This document shows, in pieces, positions 1 to 13,199 of a stretch of 64,000 nucleotides of DNA; the stretch's first letter is position 1, and every line of letters starts with the position of its first letter. A program made the translations under genes and the position numbers. The notes under the pieces are model-generated. The model was not told the origin of the DNA and ran no database searches. It was given only the letters and a program-made list of their open reading frames with translations. This stretch comes from Euprymna scolopes (taxonomy: Eukaryota), in the NCBI GenBank assembly GCA_053919585.1, contig CM132792.1; one strand, given 5' to 3'.

Positions 1-515
1 GCTAGACACCGCAAAGGTCAAATCTTTTGAACTTTGACCCCTTGGCAGCTCAAATTTTCGACCGAAACCGATTAAAAAGCTTGGCCTATCTCTGAATACC
101 CTTTATGTAAAATTTTGAATGTTTAGACCAGAAATTGGCTGAGTAATTTGGTAGAGACCGCAGAGGTCAAATTTTTTTAAACTTTGACCCCAATTTTGAC
201 CTCTTAACATTTATTTTTTGTGGCTCAAATCAAATTATAAAGTTAGATCCATGTCCAAGTAACCTACATCTAAAAGTTCAAGTGTTTAGACCGAAAATTG
301 ACGGAAGAGTTTGGCAGAGTTTTCAAAGATCAAATCGCTGAACTTTGACTTCTTGACAGCCAAATTTCTGGCTGAAAACCGATTAAAAAGATTTTCCCAA
401 ATCTCAATACTCCTTTTGTCAAATCTCGAGTCTGTAGACTGAAAACTGACAGAGTTATTTGGTAGGGAAATGTACACACACACACACACATTTTCACTTT
501 TATAGAGTGAGATAT
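1..515 (+). mobile_element. 3' end of Helitron/Helentron-like non-autonomous repeat with internal subrepeats
   Basis: Diverged subrepeats (aggtcaaa...aactttgacc), then (CA)n-ttcacttttatag...agat and TA, the same style of end as 62140-62181. Confidence 0.4.
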
Positions 516-1989
516 ATAGGTTAAGAGTGGTTGTCGGTGTTCACTAATTCATAATTGGGGTCTATCAATTTTTAAGACCGGTGATGCAAGTGCAGGAATC
601 CCTAGAAGTCGAAAGTAGTAGAATATTCGCAGGACCGTTAAAGGTAAATCTAATGAGATCTTCGAATTACAAAAAGTTTCCACCAAACCACATCCTCACA
701 CATATAAAATTTTTAAAAATGTGAATAATTCTGGAAAATAACGACATCTGATAAAGAACTCAACATCGCTGTATTGAAATGAAATAACATTTATTTACAT
801 GTTTAAGAAACATTAATTACAATCGTTCCAACGTTAAGATTTGTACAAGTGTTTATTAGACAGGCTTAGCTAAATGAATGTCTCATGAAAAGGGCATGAA
901 GTTTAAGATTACTGATTTTTATGAACAGAGGGACATACGTGGTTATTTTTCAAGGGTGTGTGTGTGTTCATCACATAAGAAAACAGTAGTTCATAATAGT
1001 ATTGTTGAAAAGAAGAAATAATTCTCGTTTGCTGTGGTAACTTTCCATAATGAGAATTAAGATTCATATGTCATGGCATTCTCAGCGAAGCTGTTTTATG
1101 TCTGAATAGACGGAGTCTGGCATATGTGCAGCGGTGAGGTTCACTCGTAGAGTTAAACACCGTTTTAGACACATTTATTCGTTATGATAAAATCCTACAT
1201 TACATCCTAGGAGAAACATCGCCATTATTGCCAAAGTTTTCAGAGGAAAAAATTCGTATTTTTCCCTCTAGTTCTTATGTCCACCCATTGCACTCAGTTA
1301 TCACCGGGAAGAAGTACACACATTATTATTATACTGACCTTGCATCCTTTGGTAATTGGATCAAAAACTCACATACACACCATTAACATTCCATTTCCCA
1401 ATACAAAAAGGACAATTTCTCCTTCCAAAATTTCTTCATTTTCCATTGGCTGAGATCTGACAAACCGATTATTCTGGAATGCAATCTAAATACATAAACG
1501 AACACACTCAATATTTACAAATATGGCTGCTCTCTCTACACATCACATCTGTTAAAAATAAATTAATCCAAATACAACCATATCAAACTCCCATTATCCG
1601 AAATTTTAGTACTGATGCACTACCACTTACATATATGCACATTAACTATTCAAAACAACCACACTCCCCCCAAAATTTCCTGAAAACTAAATACATTACA
1701 TTTATGTTTGACTGTGTTTTCTGAGCGGCGATTTTTTAATTCTATTTTGCTTGATTGATTTTTATTTTTAAATTTTATTTTTATAACACCAAACAGTTCT
1801 ATACCTCCCCTTCAAAAATTTTTTACCATACCCTGAACCTTATATTTTCCGCATGTATGCTATATACTTAGTTATTCTACAAACGCAACCCCTTCCTTGT
1901 GTGTTTAACTTTTACGCTTTCTGTGCGGCGATGTTTTCCTTCTACTGAACGAATCTCTTAGTAAAAGACAGTTGTCCTCCCTCAGAACA

Positions 1990-2430
1990 ATGACAAATTG
2001 TAAAACAGTATCGGCTTTCGGAAGTGCTGAAAATGAATATCACAGTTAAATTTGTTTTCATGATATAAAGAAATTGCTAGGTAGCCAGAAAGTAGGTGCT
2101 CGTTTTATGTTAAATTTATATAGCAAAGTGATCCACCAACTTTTGAAAAAGTCATTTCTTCATACCATGAAAACTACCTGTCTGCGTCAAATTTAAATGT
2201 GATATTCGTTTTTAGCACACCCGAAAACCTGTATAAGTCGTAATTTTTAAGTTTTTTTGGGCGGATGGAAAGAAACTTGACATTGATCATTTTTAGTTTT
2301 TCTTTTTGAACCTACAGAATTTTTGGCCATGTAAAGGTTTATAGAAAAAGAGACAACGAAATGGAATTTCCTTCTATATTCAAAAGCAACTTGATTTGTC
2401 ATCTTCGTTAGTAGAGAGACTGACCGGTGT
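1990..2430. mobile_element. Non-autonomous DNA transposon fragment abutting the truncated Gypsy integrase
   Basis: Shares blocks (ttaaatttatatagcaaagtgatcc; aaatttaaatgtgatattcgtttttagcacac) with the fold-back element at 35013-35567. Confidence 0.45.
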
Positions 2431-2837
2431 ATATGTAAAACACCACATTTTGCAAAGTTAGAAAATTCCTGGCTACTAAACTGGGGCCCATTATCAGTTA
2501 CCACCTGATCTGGTATTCCATGTCGTGCAAACTGGTGTTTCAGTTTAGTTATCACTGTCTTTGCTTATGTATTGAGAAGATGATCAATTTTCCAAAAGTT
2601 GCTCATGTAATCAACTGTGCAGAGATAGTCTCTATCTGCAAACTTAAAGAGATCTATTCCCACTTTCGCCCAGGGTCTGTCATGGACCTTTAATGGTTCT
2701 GCCAGATTAGCTACTTCATATTTTCTACACGTGGGGCATTTTGAAACGTAGTCCCTTATGTCACTGTTCATATTTGGCCAATACAAACATTCTCTTACTC
2801 TTCTGCAACATCCCTCTACTCCCAGGTGTGTGGAATG

Positions 2838-3103
2838 TATGGGGAAAATGGCTTACCATACAAACGTCCTCGTGTCTGTCTGTCCTGTAAGTCGCACGCG
2901 TTGAGAAAGACAGAAAGGGTCCATCATGGCAGCCGTGACGTTTTGTAATGAACGAAGTCTTGCGAGATCACGTGCGCATGCCTTATAAAAACAGGTCACT
3001 TGTCAGTAAGAAAGTATCGAGAAATCATTTGACATTTGAGAAGCGGCAAAATCAGTTGGGAGAATTTATGTGTGCTTTGATTTTTGCCTGTTGATCGACT
3101 GCA
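2838..3103 (+). repeat. 5' LTR of nested Gypsy element
   Basis: Direct repeat of ~6775-7035 with ~29 differences in ~255 bp by hand count; contains TATAAAA; ends ...GCA. Confidence 0.9.
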
Positions 3104-6100
3104 AGCTATTTCAGCCCATTTTTTTGCAATGGACAAGTTTGATCTGAGATTGATACCGGAGTTCGACGGCTCCTCTGCCGAACCTTCAGTAGTTGAGTGA
3201 TGGGAAAAAGCTGAGCTTGTCTGCCAGCTTTGCAAAATAAAGGATCCTACACTTGTCATCTCATTAAGGCTGACCAAGGGGGTACACTCCGTTTATCAAC
3301 AGCTTGAGGATGAACCAACTCTGGAGGAGGTTAAGGAGGCACTATACGCGGCCTTTGCTATGGACCCTTTTATTGCCTGGAGGTAGTTCACCAACGGCGG
3401 CTTGGGTTGAATGAGATGGTGGGTGTCTACCTGGCGGATTTAAAGAGATTAGCCACGCCGTTTGGTGAAGTGACTGAACGCATATTAAGTTGTGCCTTTC
3501 TCACGGGGCTCCCGGATGACATCAGCCGACTGCTACGAGCATCGTCAAGGCTTAGCGAGATTGGGCTTCAGGAATTGTTGGCTAGATCTCGCAATATTTT
3601 AAAAGAAAAAGATGCGAAGCCGGTGCTAGCAGCTGCAGAAGCATCTACTCCATTAGAAGATGGTGTAAGCTGTTATAAATGTGGCGGGCCAAACTACTTT
3701 TCTAGGGACTGCCGAAGCCAAAGCAGTGCAAAGAACACGTCTGCTCAGGAAACGTCAAGATGCATGCATTGCTACCAGTGTAGCAAGCTAGGTCATGTAG
3801 CAAGAAGTTGTCCGGGAAACGGACAAGGGGAGTAAACTATAGTGCCAGTATTCTCCCCAGATCATTGACAAATAGGGCGCTACCTGCAGTGAGAGTGCGC
3901 GTGAACGGATGTGAACACTTTGCACTCGTAGACACAGGGTGCACACAGACTCTCGTGCACAAGGCATGCTATGATGCATGGGACAAGAAGAGGATTCCAG
4001 TATTGACAGTTGGCGGGGGCACGCTAGCCTCTTGTGGAGTTAGTGTCATTCGTACACATGTCGATGATAGGCTTACAATAACCATACGAGCCCTGGTTGT
4101 GAGCGGGGACCTTCTTGGTTATGACTTGTTGTTAGGAATGGACGTTATCAAAGAATTGGGCGGTATCCGTATTGGTGGTGAGGGTAAGGCACATTTCTCT
4201 AACGCCTGTCTTGCTCTGGGTGCATCCATGAAACTGGAACAGCCTGACTTTCATGTGGAATTCGACCAGCGTACGAGGTTCTGGACAGTTTTTTGGAAAT
4301 AATCAGACGAGCAACCACCCGGGAAGTTGTACAATAGGGTTCCAGAATATAAAATTCCCCCTGGAGTTCATGGAGAATACGATAAGGAACTACAGACTTG
4401 GATAAAAAATGGATAGCTAGTTCCCTATTCAGAGAAGGAATTGGGCCTCCCAAAGTGTCTGATCCCGTTAATGGTGGTTATCCGCATAATAAACAGAAGG
4501 TGAGGTACTCGACTATCGGGAACTAAACGAGCACGTAAATCCTTTTACAGCCTGCGCGGATGTATGCACCGAGAAGTTGAGGGAATGTCGGCAAGCAGGA
4601 TCTAATGTATCTGTGCTGGATCTTCGTAAAGCATACCTTCAAGTGCATATACATTAGTCACTATGGCCCTATCAAATGGTGCTCATCAAGAGAGAAAGGT
4701 ATTGCTTAATCTATATGGGATTTGGACTTAATGTGGCACCATCAATTATGCAAAGGATTGTTGACGCTATATTGACGCTAAGGATGAGTGCATTCAGCAA
4801 CATCTGCATATATCGATGATGTGTATGTGGATGAAGAAATTGTGCCTGCAACACACATAAAAGAACATCTTCACAACTTTGGCCTTCTCAGCAAGGGACC
4901 AGAAAGGCTACGGGACGGTGCAAGAGTGCTCGGTTTGCAGGTCTGGGAAGAAGATAATGTCCTGTGCTGGAAACGAGGCAATGAAATCCCAGGTATGCGC
5001 TGTGTTTTCATGTGATGGAACGTATTTTCATTGTGTGTAAAGTTGGTTGGACACCCTGGTGGATGGCTTCGTATTGCAGTGGCATTCATTAAACAGATGG
5101 AATGACAAAATTTATGATGCCCCTCTCAATACAATGGTGAGAGAGGTCCTCACCTAAGTGCACAAAGAAGATCCAGCATGGGGCAAATGGTGTGTTGACA
5201 GCCAGGACCGTAGTGTATGGGTTGATGCAAGCTCTCTTGCCATTGGTGTGTTATTAGTCCATGATGGGACCGTAGTGGAAGATGCTTGCTGGTTGCACCC
5301 AGAAAAGGACTCCCAACACATAAACCTGGCAGAACTCGATGCAGTGATCAAGGGAATAAACTTGGCAATCCTTTGGAGACAACCACCCTGTGACTATTCA
5401 CAGATTCTGCTTGCGTTCATAAGTAGATTTCAGAAACTCTTACCGGGCGGGCTAGAATGCGAACCAAAGCAACAAGTGAGATGCTCATCCATTGGCGGCT
5501 CAACACAATCATGAGCTTGATGAACGAATATGCACTATCAATAGAGGTGTCCCTGGTCAGATCCAGCATAAATAAGGCAGATTGTTCAACAAGGGTACCT
5601 CAAAGATGGCTTGATGCCATAAAGAGAACTGTTGAACCTACGCAACCTCCCTGTGCCGCATCTATGATCCTTGGTCAATCTAATCGGATTAAGGAAATCC
5701 ACCAACAAAGTGGGCATCCTGGAGTCAAGCGGATCCTATATTTCGCTAAGTTGGTTGAACCAGGAGTGCAAAGGGCAGACATCATGGAAGTGGTCAAAAC
5801 TGCGTGGAATGCCAGTCTGTTGACCCAGCACCCATTCGCTGGGAAAAAGGGAAGTTGGAAGTTAGGAGCCACTGGAGCCGGCAAGTGATAAACATTACTA
5901 ACCACAATGGCGAGGATTTCCTGACTCTCATTGATTGCGGTCCATCAAGGTTTGCCATATGGCGTATGCTGCGTCGACAAGATACAGTCACTATTGTCCA
6001 TCAACTAAGCAATATTTTCCTTGAACATTGACCCCCAACAGAGATATTGCTTGACAATGGTGCTGCATTTACCAGTGAGCAGTTTAGGAAGTTTATTGAC

Positions 6101-6774
6101 AGCTGGGAAGTACATCTGAGGTTTCAATGCACCCATGTACCTAGTGGAAATGGGATCATTGAACGGAATCATCGAACTGTCAAAATAATCATGGCTAGAT
6201 CAGACTGCACAGTTTATTTTTACAATGTAACCCTGAAAGATGATGGTTTGCCCTCTACGGCGCCAGCTGATACATTGCATAGGTATCACGTTAGGGTGAA
6301 GGGCATAGAGATGAACCCGCTACCTGAACTGGAAGTAGCCGGAGAGAGAGTGAGGAAAGAGGATGTTGTGTGGATCAGAAACCCGTGAGACACGTGCACA
6401 ACAAGGTATGGAGTCGGGCAAGTCACTGAAATAATCAGCCCACAAGTGGTACAGGTCGACGGCGTGCCCTGTCATGTTAAAGACATATGGTTAGTAACGC
6501 AACCATCACTAGATGACACGAGCGAATCAGTCAGAATCTAGCGAGGCATCACTTTGGATTGCAGCACCACCATCAGACAGTGACTCAGAGATCAGTAGCC
6601 TCCCAGAAGACATAGAGAGAAGTAGCCTCCCAGAAGAGACAGAGATGCTCGACCCTCAGACCGAAGACGAAAGTACAAGTGAAGATGAGGCATGTGTCGT
6701 CCCCCCTCGAAGAAGCACCCGGCGAAGACGATCACCACCCCCTTGCCAGCTCTGTGATCATGAAATCAGGGGGG

Positions 6775-7035
6775 GGGGAATGGCTTACCATACAAATGTC
6801 CTCATGTCTGTCTGTCCTGTGAGTCACACGCGTCGAGAAAGAAAGAAAGAGTCCATCATGGCGGCTGTGATGTTTTGTAGTGAACGAAGTCTCGTGAGAT
6901 CACGTGCGCGTGCCTTATAAAAACAGGTCACTTGTCGATGGGAGAGGATCGAGAAATCATTTGACGTTTGAGAAGCGGCAAAATCAGTTGAGAGAATTTG
7001 TGTGAGCAGTGATTTCTGCCTGTTGATCGACCCCA
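6775..7035 (+). repeat. 3' LTR of nested Gypsy element
   Basis: Follows the poly-G PPT; ends ...CCCCA immediately before TSD GAATG. Confidence 0.9.
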
Positions 7036-8744
7036 GAATGCAGTTTTTCTTTCAACACTCCCCGCTGTGTCAGTGGGACCACTACCCAGTTTCCTCCGAA
7101 AATTAACCCATCTTGCACCGTCATTTCACTCCACATATTAAAATATGGTCTCACCTCTGGGTCAAGATATGTTTTGTCTTCTGGCCATCCTTCCAGAATT
7201 ACTTGCTGCAACTGCTGCATGCTTCTGTCTTCCTTCGTTGCTGAGCACAGTTCAAGCAGCCTTCTCTCTGTTACAGGAATATATTCTGCTTCCTTGACAT
7301 CATCTTCATCATCCATATATTCACTGCCCAATCCATAAATATATGCTCTTGATAGCAAGTCTGCAAGGAACATTTTCTTACCTGGATGGTACAGAACTGT
7401 AGAATCGTAAGTCTATAGTCGCATCAGCATGTTTTGCAGTCTCTTTGGGCATGTCACCAATTCTTTTTTCATGATCGCTTCCAGTGGCCTATGATCAGTT
7501 AGTACTGTTATCTGTCGACCAAATGTATATTGGTGAATCCGTTCACATTCGTAGACTACTGCTAGTAGTTCCTTCTCAATCTGTGCATACCGAGTTTCTG
7601 TGTCAGTCAGTGCACGGGTGATATAGGCTAGGGGTTGATCCTCTTGCAGTAGTGCAGCCCCCATGCTCTTCTCACTTGCATCGCATTGAATGACCAAAGA
7701 TTTTTTGGGGTCATAGTACCTTAATACTGGTGCCTCACTCACTCTTTAATTTTCCCAAAAGCCTCTTCATGAATTTGGGACCATGTCCATGGCACATCTG
7801 CCTTCATTAAATTTCTAATAGGGGCCATCACATCAGATATGTGTGGTAGAAATTTTGCCAGGTAATTTACGAATCCAACCAATCGTTGCACTCCCTTCAC
7901 ATCTGTTGGGCACAGCATTTCTTTTATGGCTCTTACCTTTCCAGGATCAGGACGTAAACCATAACTGGTAATCATGTGTCCTAGGAAAGATGTAGACATT
8001 TGTTGTAGGTTCAATTTTTCAGCATTCAATCGCATCCCACGATCACAACATCTCTGCAACAGTTTCCTGAGTTTTTGTTCATGATCAATTGTTGTTTCTT
8101 CCATCGTTTTACCCTTCCCAATCACCAGAAGATCATTTGCTTTGTTAACCACCCCCTCTAAATCGGACACATTGTCAAAAAGGGTCTTTTGAAATATCTC
8201 CGGTGATGGAGCAATCCCGAAATGTAAAACTTTCCACCGGAACCTACCATATGATATAGAAAATCTTGTTAATCAACTGCTGGCTTTGTCTAATTTTACA
8301 CGCCAAAATCCGTCTCGTAGATTCAGGGTAGAAAATATCTTGCTGTCAGCCAGTTCTGGTAGTAAATTGTCCAGTGTAGGTAACTGAAAATGTTCCCTCT
8401 TCAAAGCTTTATTCAGTTGTCTTGGGTCTATGCATATACGTAGGCTTCCATTTTTCTTAGCTACCAGTGCTACAGCCTTTACCCATGGTGTTAGGTCACT
8501 CACTGGTTCAATAAAATTCTTCTTAACCAGTTTTTCTAACTTGACTTTTAGCTTGTCCTTAAATGCCACTGGTATTATTAGTGTTGCTGCAACATTTGGT
8601 GTTACTCTTGGATCCACCTACAAATGTACCTCTTCTGGTAATTGACCCAATTCTTCCTTGAATACATTTCTGAAGTCATTGATAATGCTGTCTGAGTACT
8701 GGCTGCTGGATTAATTAATTTGGGAAACTTTGGCGACCATTTTG

Positions 8745-8813
8745 AATTTGTCGTTATTGATTGTGACAATTTGTCGTTATTGATTGTGACAATTTGTCGT
8801 TATTGATTGTGAC
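8745..8813. repeat. 23-bp tandem triplication inside host Gypsy pol
   Basis: aatttgtcgttattgattgtgac x3, exact. Confidence 0.9.
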
Positions 8814-9970
8814 AAGTTCCATTTTCTGGATTGCATTTGCTCCAAGTAAGGGATGGAAATCCTCTTTCACAAGTTTTTGGGCTTTATCATATTTCTCGAC
8901 ACTCTCCCAATGGCTTCACTTCTGCTCCATTCCACATGATAAGAGTCTTATTTGAATGTTCCAGTGTTTTTCTAATCATGTGTTTCTCATTCAATATGTT
9001 CACGGACGCTCCACTATCGAGCTGAAAGGCAATTGGTTTTCCTTTCACCATCATTTCCGCTTTTATCAGCTCTTGACTTGCAGCATTCACCTTTTCCTTA
9101 ATTGTCACGCTGTCTACATGTCCATAGTCTGAACAACTACTACCGTCGTTTTCCTGGTCATAATGTTGGGTTTTGACCGTCTGCCCCGTCTTTTTCCTTG
9201 ATATTTTGCATTTCACGGCAAAGTATTTTTTTCCCTTACATTTATAACAGGTTTTACCAAATGCAGGACATAACTCTTTGCTCACTCCATGCCGCAATGC
9301 ACTCCTTCAGACCTTAGGATTCTGGACTGGACTATAGCATTTTCAGACAGCTTACAGATGTCAATACATTTTTGTAAGTCTGTTTTATTTTCAATAACTC
9401 AGCTTGTGTCTGGGGGTTGTGTATTCCCAGTACTACCTGATCTTCGAGTACTGATGAAACGCAATTGTCGCAAAAATTGCACGTTTTTATCAACGTCCGA
9501 AGTGCCGTAATAAAGGATTCCACAGTCTCTGATTCTCCTTGCTTTCTAGAATGAAATACATAACACTCATAGGTTTCATTCATTTGAATAATTTCGATAG
9601 ATGTTCTTTCATCCTCAGGTGTTGAAAATTGAAACCCATAGTAAACTTTCAATACGTCGTCTCCCAACGTATGAAGCAAAAGTGCCCTCTGATATTGTAA
9701 TTACTGTTTTGTCAAATACGTAATAATGGCGTTTCAGTTTAAAAACTTCCAATTCGCCGCTAAATTGTCTCCCATATATAGGGGCGCTGGAGGCCTTATG
9801 ACAGCCACTGGTTTGTTTGTTTCTTCCATGTCCGCTTCCAGCATTTTTTTCCGTCCACGTGACGTACGTATAAATTACAATTCGAAACAAGAACAATAAA
9901 GTTACTTATCTGTTTCTGCAAATAACTTTCAGCTTCTTATTCTTTTATACATCTTACTTGGAGTATTTCC

Positions 9971-9988
9971 ATCCCACCGCTGCCGCCA
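9971..9988 (-). promoter_or_regulatory. Primer binding site (tRNA-Leu) of the host Gypsy element
   Basis: Minus strand ...GACACA|TGGCGGCAGCGGTGGGAT matches the complement of the tRNA-Leu 3' end (TGGTGGCAGCGGTGGGAT) at 17/18. Confidence 0.8.
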
Positions 9989-11544
9989 TGTGTCATTATC
10001 TTATTGAGGATGTCAATAGATTAGAAAAGACATAACGATAGATCAGCTTTTACATAATGGCGTCTTTATTTAACATCACTCAACAAAGCAAAAAAAGTAC
10101 ACCTGTAAGGGACGCAACTCGAGATGGTGAAAACTCTTGTTAGTCCCTCATGCAACAGTATCCAGGTACAGCACTGTTCAAAGATCGGATTAATTATAGC
10201 TGTTGAAGGGGTTGGTATGATGCCGTCTGATGAAAAGATTCAATTTTCGACTTGAGTCGACATTACAGAAGTTCATAATTAATGTTAATTGGAAGGAAAT
10301 GTCATTAATGACAGGTCGATAATTCTGACCTTAAAAAGTCTCTAGGAGACATATATGATAATAACGTAGCCTAATCATTTAGGCTTAAAAATAAAGTCTC
10401 AAGGAGACGAAGGGTAGAGCCGCCCAAATGCCTCATATCAATAGAGAGTTGAGTTCCATGTTCCTTCTTCTACGGCTTCCATGTCTAGAACCACCTATAA
10501 AGAGAAAAATGCATTCAAGACCCGCCAAGCTCGTCGCTGGCGGTTAAAACATCGACTAATATGATTGGTCTAAACAAAGACAGTGGGTGGCCAAATCAGC
10601 CAATGAGGGGCTTGCTTATAATTGTAGAATTTTTCACAATTCATATTTTTGTGAGGTTAAAATATAATATTTTTCTTTTTTGAAGATTTTTGTCCGAATT
10701 AGCGGTTTTTGAAATTTTCAGACAGAGAAAGTAAAAAATCTAGCTATTTTTCTGGAGATTTCTTTTGCTTGATCTAGCGGGTTTTTAAAATCTCAGTTGG
10801 CAAACAATAAAGTTAACATAGTGGTTATGCTTTGTTTGTCGGTCATGGCCTGAACACAATTTTGTATGGCAGTAAATTATTAGCTGTTAAAGTTTAATAA
10901 AAAAAAAAAAAAAAAATAGAGCGATCGAAAAAAAGGGTGATTTTTTCGTGTATTTTTTAATCGTAGTCCATTGTTGATTTCCGGTTTCACGTGTTATAAG
11001 AACGTGTGTGAGTGTTGTCAAGAGATGGAGAGAAATAAATAAAGAATTTCACAAAATTTTCAACCATTTGGGGAGCACCTGCAGCGACGCGTATTGGCGG
11101 ATCGAGATGCTAAGGAAAGATGCATCTAGGAATGCAAATATGAATGAGATAAGTGCAATGCAGCATCTTGCACGGGAAGTTAGGATGAATTGATTTAATA
11201 ATATTGAAAGAAAAAACATGAAGAAATGCAATGAAAAAATAACAGTGGTGAAGCTGGGGGACAATTGGTAATGCTATGAAAAAATGCGGTGTGCACTCTC
11301 TGGAAAAGTCATGAAGATTGATTGGTCAAAAATTTGACAGGACACAGGGTGTGTCTCTGTGACATGCTAATGAAAGATGCATCTAGGAATGCAAATATTA
11401 AAGAGATATAACGCAATGAAAACCCTACAGCTTGGCGCTGTGTTCTCTACCCAGCCATGGAAATATGGCCGACTCTGCGACCCATTGTTGATGGGGAATT
11501 GTAAAGGACAATGTGTCGATGAGATATAGAAATTAAATAGAGAA

Positions 11545-11545
11545 T

Positions 11546-11576
<31 letters not shown>

Positions 11577-11943
11577 GAGAGAGAAAAGGATGCCCTCGCT
11601 GAGATAACTTTAAAATAAATAAATAAATGTGAAAAGAAAATTAAATAAGGAGGCAGAGTAGTATATATTTTATACCTATCCTGAGAGAAAAAGAAACCGA
11701 TGGTATCAATGTCATTCTGATTCTTTGTAAAAGAGAGAAAGAGGTTTTTGTTGAGATAATTAATTAGATAAATGTGAAAAGAAAACCAAAGGAGGATAGA
11801 TAGAGAAAATACGGAAATGTGTATCTTGTTCGAACATGTTTTCCTCACATACACGCACGCACATGTACGCACGCACATACGCACACACACGCACGCGTAT
11901 ACACATCCTCATACACACACTTACAAGCATATATACGCGCGCG

Positions 11944-11980
<37 letters not shown>
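11545..11980. repeat. (GA)n and (CA)n/(CACG) microsatellites
   Basis: Directly visible at ~11545-11585 and ~11850-11980. Confidence 0.9.
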
Positions 11981-11982
<2 letters not shown>

Positions 11983-13199
11983 TGCGCACGCACCCGAGAT
12001 ATGATGTCACAACAAAAAATGCTGACTCACGGTAACAGGATATAAAAAGCATCAGCATCCACGCTAATCCTCTTTTTCACTCCTGGCGTTTACGGCAACA
12101 CACGTTAAACACGCGAGATGTTACTACTGTTTTTGACCAGTGCGAACATTTGATGACTCACATCCCTTTGTCCTCTCCTTCTCCCGTTTTTTTCCACCGT
12201 CGAAACAAGTCATCATGATTTCTTTCGCGACCAACGTTAACCACCAGGTTCGACAAACATTTTCTGGTGCCTTTCAGTAATTTCATCATGCGGTTTCGTT
12301 TTTTATCTCTCATCCATTTCATACCACAGAACTGAATATTATCCACAAGAGACTTCATTTTTCCATGAAAAATAAATAAGTTATTTATTTCAACCATTGT
12401 GTTTCTTCTCGCCAATACATTCGTTTCATTATTTTCTTTTGTAGTGAGTTAGGATTATTATATCCTGGTCCTCAACAATCTTGCGGATTTGAACATTTAA
12501 TTTTATAGGATAAAGCAAAATTTTATAAAAGAATCAAGCGATAAATTAGTTGAGTAGAATTTTGAAACATTTAAACTGCCAATGTCATTTCTAACGTCAC
12601 TTCTGTAGACTGTTACGATACAGTTGTAAAACAAATGCTTTATAAAATGAAATATTTTATTTTGATCCTTGCACTATAAAATGTGCGTGGTTGTGCCTGG
12701 TGTTGTTTGTTGATACCTGTGGGAGAATGAGGTCAGATCATCGATGAGATAATAGCTCGTCAATAATTAAAGAATTGTTTTGATATTTTGTGGTAGAGGC
12801 GAAACAAGAGCCTCTGGTGTTGAATGGCAAGAAATGGCCGAAGAATTCAAACAATTGCCTTGGTAGTCGAGAATTCCGACCAGAAGAAAATAAAGATTGG
12901 TCAAGGGCTTTGGGAATTTTATTTTTTAATCCTAGCGGCCATCCAGCGGTGCTGGAAAGGAAATTCTCTCTTTATTTAAGGAACTTAAAAGAGACTGTCT
13001 TGGTAGTCAAGAATTCCGACAATTAAATCGAAGTTCCCTTCATGAAAGACATTTGATTTTAAAAGAAAAAAACATTAGAATCAGAAGGTTCTAGAAGATT
13101 GAGAAAGCGTCTTTCAAAGAAAAATACTGAAAGACAAATATAGCATTTTAAAGAAGCTTTAAATTTTGCATGTTTCTTGCCTTTCAGGTTTTTATGTGT

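Larger units (their letters stand above)
2838..7035 (+). mobile_element. Full-length but decayed Ty3/Gypsy LTR retrotransposon nested in the host element
   Basis: Two ~260-bp LTRs; gag with two CCHC knuckles (3407-3835), protease VDTG (3808-4302), RT YIDD (~4810), RNase H VDAS, integrase HPGV/DCGP/DNG; G-rich PPT ~6768-6778; TSD GAATG at 2833-2837 and 7036-7040. Confidence 0.93.
2432..10157 (-). mobile_element. Degenerate Ty3/Gypsy LTR retrotransposon (host), 3'-truncated, interrupted by a nested element
   Basis: gag (~9896-9290; CPAFGKTCYKC knuckle), protease LDSGAS, RT (LRICIDPRQLN, 8617-7739), RNase H (CDASE...YAQIEKE), integrase (HLGVEGC...YWPNM; DNGPQF). tRNA-Leu PBS and putative 5' LTR ~9989-10157. 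Confidence 0.9.

Noticed and set aside
10226-10262. CTGATGA-AAAG...TTTTC hammerhead candidate
   Set aside because: GAAA replaced by GACT; no Penelope context.
11447-12045. Overlapping ORFs rich in CV/HT/LS
   Set aside because: Translations of (CA)n/(GA)n microsatellites.
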